This document shows, in pieces, positions 1-8,269 of a stretch of 16,486 bases of DNA. Numbering within the stretch: the first letter of the stretch is position 1; the number at the start of each line of letters is the position of its first letter. The stretch comes from Acidobacteriota bacterium (GTDB taxonomy: Bacteria > Acidobacteriota > UBA6911 > JACQSX01). The stretch covers positions 1 through 16,486 of the forward strand of contig DASXQR010000157.1 in NCBI GenBank assembly GCA_036507075.1, given 5' to 3'. The position numbers were made by a program, and so were the translations under genes. The notes under the pieces were generated by a model that ran no database searches, had not been told where the DNA came from, and saw only the letters and a list, made by a program, of their open reading frames with translations.

Positions 1-779
1 AGCTTTCTACCACCTCCCTCGCCAAAGATGTGGTAGCGGACGCCGGTATCGGGCGCCTCGAAATAACTCATATTCTCGACTACACCCAGGACGGGCACCC
101 CGACAGCCTGAAACATGCGAAGCGCGCGCCGCACGTCAATCAGCGCGGCTTCCTGCGGAGTCGTGACAAGCACTGCCCCCTGCACCCGAACCAGTTGTGC
201 CAGCGATAATTGCACGTCCCCGGTTCCGGGCGGCATGTCGACAATCAAGTAATCCAGATCGCCCCACTTTACATCGGACAGGAACTGCCGGATGAGGCCG
301 TGGATAATCGGACCGCGCAGGATCATCGGCTGATCGCCGGGCTTTAACACGGCCATCGACATCAAGCTCACACCATGAGCTTCAAGCGGAAGAATTTTGT
401 TGGCTTCGAGTTCCGGCCGCAGGCGTCCCGCGCCCAGCATCAACGGCACATCCGGACCGTAAACATCCGCATCCAGCAGTCCGACGCGCGCGCCGTCGAG
501 CGCGAGCGATACGGCAATGTTGACGGCGACGGTCGATTTACCCACTCCTCCTTTTCCTGATGAGACGGCAATGATATTGCGCACCCCCGGCGCGAATGCC
601 CGCTCACCGGGTGCACGCGCGCTGCCGGCTTCGGGCGGCGGCGCTTCCAACGAGCGATCAGGAACATGCTGCGAAGGAGCGCCGCAATGGCAAGGCGATC
701 CGGAAGCGCAGGAGCCGGCAACGGACGGGGCGGCGCTTTTCCTTATCTGATGGATACCGTACAACTTTTCTTCGCTCAT
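1..779 (-). CDS. mrp: Mrp/NBP35 (ApbC) family P-loop ATPase, Fe-S cluster carrier; 3' end truncated by window edge
   Basis: Translated by hand from ATG at 779: MSEEKLYGIHQ...VRNIIAVSSGKGGVGKSTVAVNIAV...LLDADVYGPDVPLMLG...LRGP...WGDLDYLIVDMPPGTGD...VTTPQEAALIDVRRALRMF...LGVVENMSYF. Deviant Walker A (GKGGVGKST) plus DMPPGTGD, TTPQ and ENMS motifs. Not in the ORF track because there is no stop in the window. Confidence 0.95.
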   Translation of the reverse strand, partial: MSEEKLYGIHQIRKSAAPSVAGSCASGSPCHCGAPSQHVPDRSLEAPPPEAGSARAPGERAFAPGVRNIIAVSSGKGGVGKSTVAVNIAVSLALDGARVGLLDADVYGPDVPLMLGAGRLRPELEANKILPLEAHGVSLMSMAVLKPGDQPMILRGPIIHGLIRQFLSDVKWGDLDYLIVDMPPGTGDVQLSLAQLVRVQGAVLVTTPQEAALIDVRRALRMFQAVGVPVLGVVENMSYFEAPDTGVRYHIFGEGGGRK

Positions 780-807
780 GAGATGAAGATCGATAAAGAT
801 CGGATCA

Positions 808-1632
808 TTATGGCTCCGGTTTGCCCGCAGGAGCCGTTTGTGCGCCGGCGCGCTCGCGCTCATCCTGCTCGCGCTCCCATAACTGCATGGCGCGCTCACG
901 TTCGGCTTGGCGGCGGCGTGCTCGCTCGTACGACTCTCGCGGGTCGCGGCCGGTAACGGCGCGGTACCAGGCAGGGTGGTGCGTCCAGGCCCATTCTTCG
1001 GTCACGGCGCCATTGATCATGGAGCGGAACGTGCCAGGCTGGGCGGCCGTGGCTTCGTAGAGGTGGATGATGAATCCGCCCAGCATGAGCAGCGCCGCCA
1101 GGTCGTGCATCACATAGCTGATTGTGACCAGGACGCGCGGGAATTGATGATCGAACCACAGTACCACTCCGGTCAACAGAAAGATCAGGGCGCTGATAAC
1201 GATCGCCCAGAAATAAAGTTTCTGGCCACCGTTGAAGAAACCGGTGTCCTCGGGCGCGAGTTTCTCCTTATTGGCTGCGAACTCCTTCAGTTGACGCACA
1301 AACCTGCGATCTGCTTCCCTCCAGGCCATGGGCGACAGCCAGTTCATGAATTGCAGGGCGAAAAAAATCGTGAAAAAAAGGCTGAACCACGGGTGCAGCG
1401 CGCGCGTTGTTGGCCCGCCGCCAAACAGCGGCGCGATCCAGCGAAAGAGCCACGGAGAATAAATCGCGAAGCCTGACAGCAGCGCCAGGATAAAAAAAAT
1501 CGCCACTGACCAGTGCAGGAATCGAGTGTAAACGGGATGGCGCAGCAATTCACCCCTGTAAACCACGGTCTGTCCTATGGCGGCGAACCGACGGCGCGCC
1601 GTTTCGTCGAATCGTTCGACAAAGGCTCTCAC
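808..1632 (-). CDS. fdnI: Formate dehydrogenase gamma subunit (membrane cytochrome b)
   Basis: Four hydrophobic helices with His ligands (RFLHW, RALHPW, VMHD, IIHLY), [10 protein letters not shown] motif and WAWTHHPAW motif. GTG start overlaps the fdnH stop (GTGA). Confidence 0.93.
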   Translation of the reverse strand: MRAFVERFDETARRRFAAIGQTVVYRGELLRHPVYTRFLHWSVAIFFILALLSGFAIYSPWLFRWIAPLFGGGPTTRALHPWFSLFFTIFFALQFMNWLSPMAWREADRRFVRQLKEFAANKEKLAPEDTGFFNGGQKLYFWAIVISALIFLLTGVVLWFDHQFPRVLVTISYVMHDLAALLMLGGFIIHLYEATAAQPGTFRSMINGAVTEEWAWTHHPAWYRAVTGRDPRESYERARRRQAERERAMQLWEREQDERERAGAQTAPAGKPEP

Positions 1633-2561
1633 GAATTCTCCTTTTTGCCTGTCTCGATTTCGTCGGCTGCTTCCGCCCGCTTCAAAATGGGCGCCGGATC
1701 GGGCTGCGGTGTTTTCGGACCGATGAAAACGCGGTGAAAGAAAATCCCCACGGCGCCCAGCAGCGCCATCGCGAGACCGGTTGGTTTTGCGATCCGCTTC
1801 CAGAAAGTGTAGGTGAGAGGGATTTGCGGATTGGCCGGCAATCCGCCGTATAACTCCGGCCGGGTGGCGTCATGCAGCACGTAAATCACATGCGTTCCTC
1901 CGACAGACTGCGGATCATAAACTCCCGCGTCAGCGAATCCGGAGTATTCGCGAAGCTGCCGCGCGCGCGCTTCCGCCAGCTCCTTCATATCGTTCTTGGT
2001 GCCGAAGTGCAGACAGCCGGTCGGGCAAGCTTTGATACATGCCGGCTCAAGACCCTCACCAACCCGGTCCGAGCAGAGGGTACACTTATAAACTTTCTTG
2101 GTTGCCTGATTGAATTTTGGAATGTCAAAGGGGCATCCTGAAATGCAGTAGCCGCAGCCGATGCAGTTCTCCTGCTGAAAATCAACGATGCCGTTTTCGT
2201 ACTTTACAATCGCCCCATCGGCAGGACAGGCCCGCAGACATCCCGGATCTTCGCAATGCATGCACTGGTCTTTGCGCATCAGCCACATCATCGTGCCGTC
2301 GCGCTCCTGCTCGGCGAACTTGATCAGGTTCCAGTAGTTCCATTCCGTCGTCGGCATCGTCTGGTACGTATTGTCAAAAACGGTTTCGCGGAACGGGTGG
2401 TCATTCCACTCGACGCAGGCTACCTCGCAGGCCTTGCAGCCGATGCAGGTCGTCACATCGATATACTTGCAGACCTCAACAGCGCGCTGCGTTCCCCGGC
2501 CGGCTACCGGTCCGGTGTGGCCTGAAATTTCCTGAATCTGAAACGTGCTTCTCTCAGCCAT
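1629..2561 (-). CDS. fdnH: Formate dehydrogenase beta (Fe-S) subunit
   Basis: [42 protein letters not shown] and KCTLC...PACIKACP motifs (four 4Fe-4S sites), plus a C-terminal TM helix. Confidence 0.96.
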   Translation of the reverse strand: MAERSTFQIQEISGHTGPVAGRGTQRAVEVCKYIDVTTCIGCKACEVACVEWNDHPFRETVFDNTYQTMPTTEWNYWNLIKFAEQERDGTMMWLMRKDQCMHCEDPGCLRACPADGAIVKYENGIVDFQQENCIGCGYCISGCPFDIPKFNQATKKVYKCTLCSDRVGEGLEPACIKACPTGCLHFGTKNDMKELAEARARQLREYSGFADAGVYDPQSVGGTHVIYVLHDATRPELYGGLPANPQIPLTYTFWKRIAKPTGLAMALLGAVGIFFHRVFIGPKTPQPDPAPILKRAEAADEIETGKKENS

Positions 2562-2576
2562 ATTCGTGCCGCGCTA

Positions 2577-5500
2577 TTAAGCCTTTTCGATCTTCACCAG
2601 GAAGCCTTTATACTCGGGCGTGTAAGCATTCGGATCGATCGCCGCCGGCGAGAGCATATTGGCAGGATGCAGCGCGGTTTTGCCTTCATCTTCCTTTATG
2701 CCGCGATAACCCCAGTGAATCGGAATCCCGATTTGAAAGGTTTTCTTTCCATCGATCAGCATCGGTTTGATGCGGCGAGTGACCATCGCTTTGGCCACAT
2801 AAATTCCGCGGGCGCTCGTCACCTTGATCTTCTCTCCGCCGCGAATGCCCATTTCATCCGCGAGCTGGGCCGGAATCTCGACGAAGGGTTCCGGCACAAG
2901 CTGTACATTCATCGGGTTGTTCTTGGTCCAGTAGTGATAGTGCTCGGTCAGACGGTAAGTGGTGCACACAACGTTGAATCCCTGTTCCGGCGTTCCGAAT
3001 TTGTCCAGGTCCGATTGGTACTTCTTTGCGACAGGATTGTTCGATTGATTGGGGTGAAGCGGATTTGCAATGGGGCTTTCCATCGGCTCGTAATGCTCGG
3101 GGAAAGGCCCGTCAGCAAAAGCGGCCAGCGGCGCAAAAATCCGGCCCACGCCCTCCGGATTCATGATGAACGGGCCCATATGGTCCTGCGGCTTTGAATC
3201 AACTTTGAAGTCCGGCACATCGTTGCCAACCCATTTCTGTTGCCCGTCGTTCCACCAGACTTGACGTCTTTCCGGGTCCCACGGCTTCCCGTTTGGATCA
3301 CAGGACGCCCGGTTGTACATCACGCGGCGGTTGGCAGGCCATGACCATGCCCAATTCGAGTAGATGCCCAGTCCGGAGGGATCCTCTGTATCCCGCCGCT
3401 GAGATTGAGGACCGGCCTCGGTCCATGAACCCGAGTAGAGCCAGTTGCCGCAAAGCGTGGTGCCGTCGTCGCGCAGCCATGCAAACCCCGGCAACTGCTG
3501 GCCGGACTTGATGGTGACGCCCGGTTGCTTTTCGTCAGTGAGATCGGCGAGCGCGCGGCCGTTGATCTCTTTGGCGACTTCGGAAAGCGACGGACTCTGC
3601 GGCGTGGTGTAGGACCAGGAGAGGTTCGCAATCGGTTCGGGGAATTTGCCGCCCTCCTGCTGGTAAAGCTCGCGCACTTTCAGGAAGATCCGCGCCAGGA
3701 TCTCCTGGTCGACTTTCGCCTGGCCCGGAGGAGGCAGCGCAACGTACTTCCACTGCAGCCACCGCGCCGAGTTGACGAATGTTCCATCTTTCTCGGCGAA
3801 ACCCGCGCCCGGCAGTCGATAGACGGTCGTGTTGATCTTCTTCATCTCTTCCGCTGAAGTCCCGGGCGCCTTCCAGAACTCACTCGTTTCGTCCGGATAG
3901 ATTTCGCAGACCACAAGCCAGTCGGCCTTCTTCAGCGCCTCGATGTTCTTGCGCGAGTTCGGGCCGATCGCCACGCCGTTCATGCCGAAAGCGAACAAGC
4001 CCCTGACCTTGCCGCTGTACATGTAATCCCACATTTCGGTCCACGAGTACTTGCGTTCGATCTTTGGCAGGTAATCATAGGCCCAGTCATTTTCCTTTTT
4101 CGCAGCGTCGCCAAACATCGCCTTGAGAAAAGAGACCATAAACTTCGGCGTATTGGACCAGTAGTTAAACGAGTCCCATTCGGCAGGCTTGGACGGTTTT
4201 GGCGTAACGCGGTGGAGATAGGCGCCGAGATCGACGTCGGTCGGATTCGGCAGCTTCAAATATCCGGGGAAGATGTCAAAGACACCGCCCATATCAGTTG
4301 CGCCCTGAATGTTCGAGTGACCGCGCAGAGCGTTGACGCCGCCGCCCGCCCGGCCGACGTTGCCGAGCAGCAGTTGAAGCATTGCCGCCGTGCGAATAAT
4401 CTGCGTGCCGGACGTATGCTGCGTCCACCCGACGGCATAGATGATCGTCCCGGCCTTCTTCATGTCGCCGTCCTTGCGCACCGACGTGAACATTTCGGCC
4501 GCCTTCAGGAACTGATCTCTGGGAATGCCGGTGATGCGCTCGACCATCTCGGGGGCATAACGCGCGTAATTCTTCTTCAGCAGTTGAAAGACGCAGCGCG
4601 GATGCGCCAGCGAGAGATCGTGGGCGACGCTGGGAGGAAGCTGCGGTGCAGGTTTCTGTCCTCCCTGCGCTGCGGCGCCGGCCGGGCCGGCCGCCTGATG
4701 CCCGCCGCCCGTTGCTCCAGCCATCGGACCGTGGCCGGGCGTCGCCGGCGATGAGTGTGCCTGGGGAGAGCGGCTCTCAGTCGATCCGACGCTGCCACCC
4801 TCCTGGTAGTTCCAGCTCGCCGTATCGTAATTCCGGGTGGCGGCGTCAAAGCCCGAAAACAGACCGTCCTCAGGCAGCTTGAAACCTTCCTTCACGATGA
4901 AAGAAGCGTTCGTGTAGTTGACCAGATAATCTTTGGCGATGCGGTTGTTTTCAATCGCATAGTTGATCAGGCCGCCCAGAAAGGCGATGTCGGCGCCGGC
5001 CCGTATTTGCAGGAAGAGATCGGCTTGCGAAGCCGTGCGGGTGAAGCGCGGATCGACGACAATCATCTTGGCGTTACGCCGCAGCTTGGCTTCCACAGGC
5101 CACTTGAAGCCGCACGGATGGTTTTCTGCCGGATTGCCGCCCATGATCAACATCATGTCGGTGTTTTTGATGTCGATCCAGCCATTGGTCATCGCCCCGC
5201 GCCCGAATGTAGGTCCCAAACTTGAGACCGTGGGGCCGTGTCAAACCCGGGCCTGTGTTTCGAAGTAGCAGACCCCCATGCTGCGCATCGTTTTGACGGC
5301 CAGGAAGTTCAGCTCATTGGTATCGGTGCATCCGCCGCTCCAGCCGATACCCTCGCAGCGATTGACGGTACGGCCCTTGTCGTCTTTCTCAACAAAAGTC
5401 TCGTCGCGCGACTTCTTTGTCCAGCGCGCGATTTCGTCGAAGGCGTGATCCCACGAGATATCCTCCCAGTGGTCGGACCCCGGACGACGTACCTGCGGTT

Positions 5501-5822
5501 TCACCAGGCGGCGATCGTTGAGAATATCCTGTTCGAGCGAAGCGCCCTTGGGACAGAGCGTTCCGCGATTGATGGGATGATCCGGATCGCCCTCGACGTG
5601 CACCACCTGGGGTGTGGCGTTTTTCGATCTGTCGCCCAGGGTGTGAATAATGACGCCGCAGCTTACCGAGCAGTAAGGACAGGTGCTGCGCGTTTCGCTG
5701 GTGCGCGCAATTTTGAGGGCCCGCGTCTGCGCGTAAAGCGGGGCTACCTTGAAACCGAAAGCCGTTACTCCCGCCCCTCCGATCAGTGTCGATCTGATGA
5801 ATGTTCGCCTGGAAATGTCCAT
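2577..5822 (-). CDS. fdnG: Formate dehydrogenase-N/O-type alpha subunit, selenocysteine-containing (Mo/W-bisPGD), about 1081 aa, Sec at residue 194
   Basis: ORFs 5241..5855 and 2577..5219 are in one frame, joined across TGA 5243-5241 as ETQARV-U-HGPTVSSLGPTFGRGAMTNGW, matching the FdnG/FdoG active-site motif QARVUHGPTV. Tat signal MDISRRTFI (ATG at 5822), CPYCSVSC..C 4Fe-4S motif, ALRGHSN motif. Confidence 0.96.
5212..5240 (-). promoter_or_regulatory. Bacterial SECIS element
   Basis: The mRNA after UGA reads CACGGCCCCAC (11 nt), then GGUCUCA-AGUU-UGGGACC (7-bp stem with one G-U pair, GU in the apical loop). Spacing and shape match the known E. coli fdh SECIS architecture. Confidence 0.85.
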
Positions 5823-5868
5823 ACAGTTCTCTGTAACTTTGCGGCTCTGCGGCAAACGCGTCTTTCGG

Positions 5869-6666
5869 TCACAAACCGACCAGATTCAACTCGATCTTCC
5901 TATGACCGTGCTCCTGCGCCCAGAGATCCAGCGCTGCGCCGGCAACTTCATCAACCAGCGGCACGGCCAGGCCGGCGCGCGTTAAGTCAACTTCCTTGAT
6001 GTAGTGCCCGCAGGTGTCGCACGCCTCGATCCGTATGTGCTCGTATGCGGGCGAGTGGAAATATCCAAGCCTGGAGGGCCGTTCTTCGCCGCAGTGAGCA
6101 CACTTAACCCGCGTGAAGCTCCACGGTGTGAGACAGGAGGCACAGATCAGATTTCTGCTTGCGCCGTCCGCAGAGTGTCCTGTGCTTTGAAGGAAACTGA
6201 CCTGCGGCCTTCCCGCGCATGACGGGCAGCGGCTTTCGTCGGCGTGTACATCTCCAGAGATTTTGAAGGGCTGCGCCCGTGATTCCACCAGCCGGCACGC
6301 ATAGGGCTGCAAAAACGCTTTGCCGAAGAATTCAATGTCGCGAGGCGCAATCCATTGCTGGAGCAGCAACTCATCAATTTCCGCTTCACCGGCGCGCAAA
6401 AGCCTTTGCGCTTCTTCGACCAGTAGAGGCGGGCCGCTGGTCTCCACGGCGTGCAAAAACTCCGGCACTGCTGTTCGGATCGCCGGCAGATCAGCGTTGA
6501 GATCACCGCTTGGAAGCCACGCCTCGACCTTGCGAAGACACTGGTAGACTGTTTTCTGAGCGCGCAGCAGCTTTGCGTAAAAGGAGAGTAATTCTTCGGT
6601 CGATTCAGATTGGCGTGTAAGTTGATCAGCCCTGTGGATACACTTTTCCCAGGCTTGCGCGGCCAT
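5869..6666 (-). CDS. fdhE: Formate dehydrogenase maturation protein FdhE
   Basis: Four CxxC motifs (CPSC, CASC, CAHC, CDTC) with R.L.C..C...W...R.KC..CG spacing, YIKEVD, and VDEVAGAALDLWA tail. Adjacent to fdnG. Confidence 0.92.
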   Translation of the reverse strand: MAAQAWEKCIHRADQLTRQSESTEELLSFYAKLLRAQKTVYQCLRKVEAWLPSGDLNADLPAIRTAVPEFLHAVETSGPPLLVEEAQRLLRAGEAEIDELLLQQWIAPRDIEFFGKAFLQPYACRLVESRAQPFKISGDVHADESRCPSCAGRPQVSFLQSTGHSADGASRNLICASCLTPWSFTRVKCAHCGEERPSRLGYFHSPAYEHIRIEACDTCGHYIKEVDLTRAGLAVPLVDEVAGAALDLWAQEHGHRKIELNLVGL

Positions 6667-6674
6667 TTGTTGTC

Positions 6675-6703
6675 ACTAAAACACGGGTTTTTAGAGTTGT
6701 CAA
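6675..6703 (-). promoter_or_regulatory. Candidate sigma70 promoter for the fdhE-fdnGHI-mrp operon
   Basis: Minus strand: perfect TTGACA (6703-6698), 17-nt spacer ending in TGT, then TTTAGT (6680-6675; 4/6 match, lacks the conserved A), 8 nt before the fdhE ATG. No SD is visible. Confidence 0.45.
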
Positions 6704-6715
6704 TCAGGATAAGTT

Positions 6716-6867
6716 TTCACCACCAAGGCACAAAGATCACAAAGCCAGACGAGGGGCAGGCAGAGTCCGGTCAGGTCAGGAAGACGCCGCCACAGTTCAC
6801 TCTGAGACCTGACCGGACTCTGCCTGTCCCTCGTCTGACTTTGTGTCCTTTGTGTCTTGGTGGTGAA
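6716..6867. repeat. Long imperfect inverted repeat (62-bp arms, 28-nt spacer), MITE/REP-like
   Basis: 6716-6777 TTCACCACCAAGGCACAAAGATCACAAAGCCAGACGAGGGGCAGGCAGAGTCCGGTCAGGTC versus the reverse complement of 6806-6867: 57/62 identical by hand alignment. Confidence 0.93.
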
Positions 6868-8083
6868 GATGAGTCGGGATCAACGTGACCGCGAGCGCGC
6901 CCAGAATAGCCATCGATGCAAGCAGCGCCAGGCCCCAGTCATAGCTCTGGTGCAAATCAAAGATCCGGCCAACCAGCACGGGTGCGAGCGCCTGGGCGAC
7001 GGCATCCGTTGTCAGGATCACTCCCATCAATCTCCCCAGTGACCCAAGACCAAAACACTCGGCGGTCATCAGAGGGATCAGCATGTAATCGGCTCCCATG
7101 CCGAAACCGAAGATGAAGGCAAACATATACACTGCGCCGGGGGCGGCGGAAAAGCACAACAACAGGATGCCGGCAGCGACCATCAGGCAGGCAGCAAACA
7201 TCACATACTTTCGTGGAAAACGGTCGGCAAGATATCCCATCGTGACACGGCCGAGAATGCTGGCGATGAGCAGGAAGCTTGCCACCTGGGCTGCGTGTTC
7301 GAGTGTGAATCGATGATCGCGCAAATAAAGTTGCAGGTGCTGGATGATCCCTCCCACGGCCCCGATGCTCATCAGGCTTCCAAACAGAATCATCCAGAAG
7401 GCGCGCGTCCGTATCGCGCCGCCAAGACTGATCGCAGGCGCGCTGGGATTGGCCGGCTGTGTCACGGGCCTTGGATCGCCGTCCGGGCAGAGACCGATGT
7501 CGGAGGGGCGGTTCTTCACGAGCGCCAACGTCAAGGATGTCAGCCCGATCAGGATAATCCCACCCATGGCGAGCATGGCCTGCCTCCAGCCGGCTTCTCG
7601 AATCAGGAACCGGGTCAGAACAGGAGCGACAGCTCCGCCGAGGCCGATTCCAATGTACGCCAATCCCATTGCGCGCCCGCGCATGCGGGAGAACCAGTGT
7701 GAGATTAGAACCTGGTTGGAAATAGGGCCCGCGCTCACGTAGCCGATCGTCTGCATGAAATAAAAAAGGTAGTAAGCCGGCAGGGAATGCATGAATGCGA
7801 ATCCCAGGAAAGCGGCTCCCGCGAACATCAGGCCGGCAAGAATTATTCGGCGCGCGCCATAGCGATCCAGCAGGAAACCGGCTGAAATTCCAAAGATCGG
7901 GCCTATCAGCAGAATGCTGAAAAAATAGCCTGACATGACTTGAGTGCGGGTCCAGCCGAATTCATCAATCAACGGAACGTAGAAGACCGGAAAGCTGTAG
8001 TACACGATTCCCACGATCACAAACAGATTTGTGAACGAGGCCGTGACGATGAACCATCCGTAGAAGACACGGGAGTTGAGCAC
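6797..8083 (-). CDS. MFS transporter (monocarboxylate/OFA-like, 12 TM)
   Basis: FYGWFIV N-terminus, motif A GFLLDRYGARR and GYLADRFPRK, WFSRMRGRAMG, and about 12 hydrophobic segments. GTG start lies in the 8074 repeat. The last ~23 residues come from the 6716-6867 inverted repeat. Confidence 0.92.
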   Translation of the reverse strand: MLNSRVFYGWFIVTASFTNLFVIVGIVYYSFPVFYVPLIDEFGWTRTQVMSGYFFSILLIGPIFGISAGFLLDRYGARRIILAGLMFAGAAFLGFAFMHSLPAYYLFYFMQTIGYVSAGPISNQVLISHWFSRMRGRAMGLAYIGIGLGGAVAPVLTRFLIREAGWRQAMLAMGGIILIGLTSLTLALVKNRPSDIGLCPDGDPRPVTQPANPSAPAISLGGAIRTRAFWMILFGSLMSIGAVGGIIQHLQLYLRDHRFTLEHAAQVASFLLIASILGRVTMGYLADRFPRKYVMFAACLMVAAGILLLCFSAAPGAVYMFAFIFGFGMGADYMLIPLMTAECFGLGSLGRLMGVILTTDAVAQALAPVLVGRIFDLHQSYDWGLALLASMAILGALAVTLIPTHLHHQDTKDTKSDEGQAESGQVSE

Positions 8084-8269
8084 AAATCCTTAGTTGAGCA
8101 CAAATTTTTAGTTGAGCACGAATTTTCACGAATTTACACGAATTTCACGAATCTTTTTGGACACGAATTTTCACCGATGCTCAATGAAAAATTCGTGAAA
8201 TTCGTGAAATTCGTGAAATTCGTGCTCAACTCTAGAAATTCGTGTAAATTCGTGTAAATTCGTGCTCAA
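8074..8269. repeat. AT-rich head-to-head tandem-repeat array (CACGAATTT / AAATTCGTG units, GTTGAGCAC / GTGCTCAA ends)
   Basis: Three 18-mers AGTTGAGCACRAATYYTY (8074, 8092, 8110). CACGAAT at 8117, 8127, 8137, 8146, 8162. Seven inverted AAATTCGTG at 8189, 8198, 8207, 8216, 8236, 8246, 8256. 8110-8152 pairs with 8191-8231 with only two 1-nt bulges. Confidence 0.95.

Noticed and set aside
5241..5243. Nonsense mutation / fdnG pseudogene or two separate genes
   Set aside because: The TGA is at the catalytic Sec position with an appropriately spaced SECIS hairpin.
5823..5855. TTG start for fdnG at 5855
   Set aside because: ATG 5822 places the twin-arginine motif at the usual N-terminal position.
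6610..6888. 92-aa ORF resembling the MFS C-terminus (HHQGTKITKPDEGQAESGQV)
   Set aside because: The similarity arises only because it reads the opposite arm of the inverted repeat.
7940..8257. ORF with FVKFVKFVKFV repeats
   Set aside because: A by-product of the 9-nt DNA repeat, antisense to the MFS gene.
8074..8269. CRISPR array
   Set aside because: Units are 9-18 nt, directly tandem with no unique spacers, occur in both orientations, and no cas genes are present.
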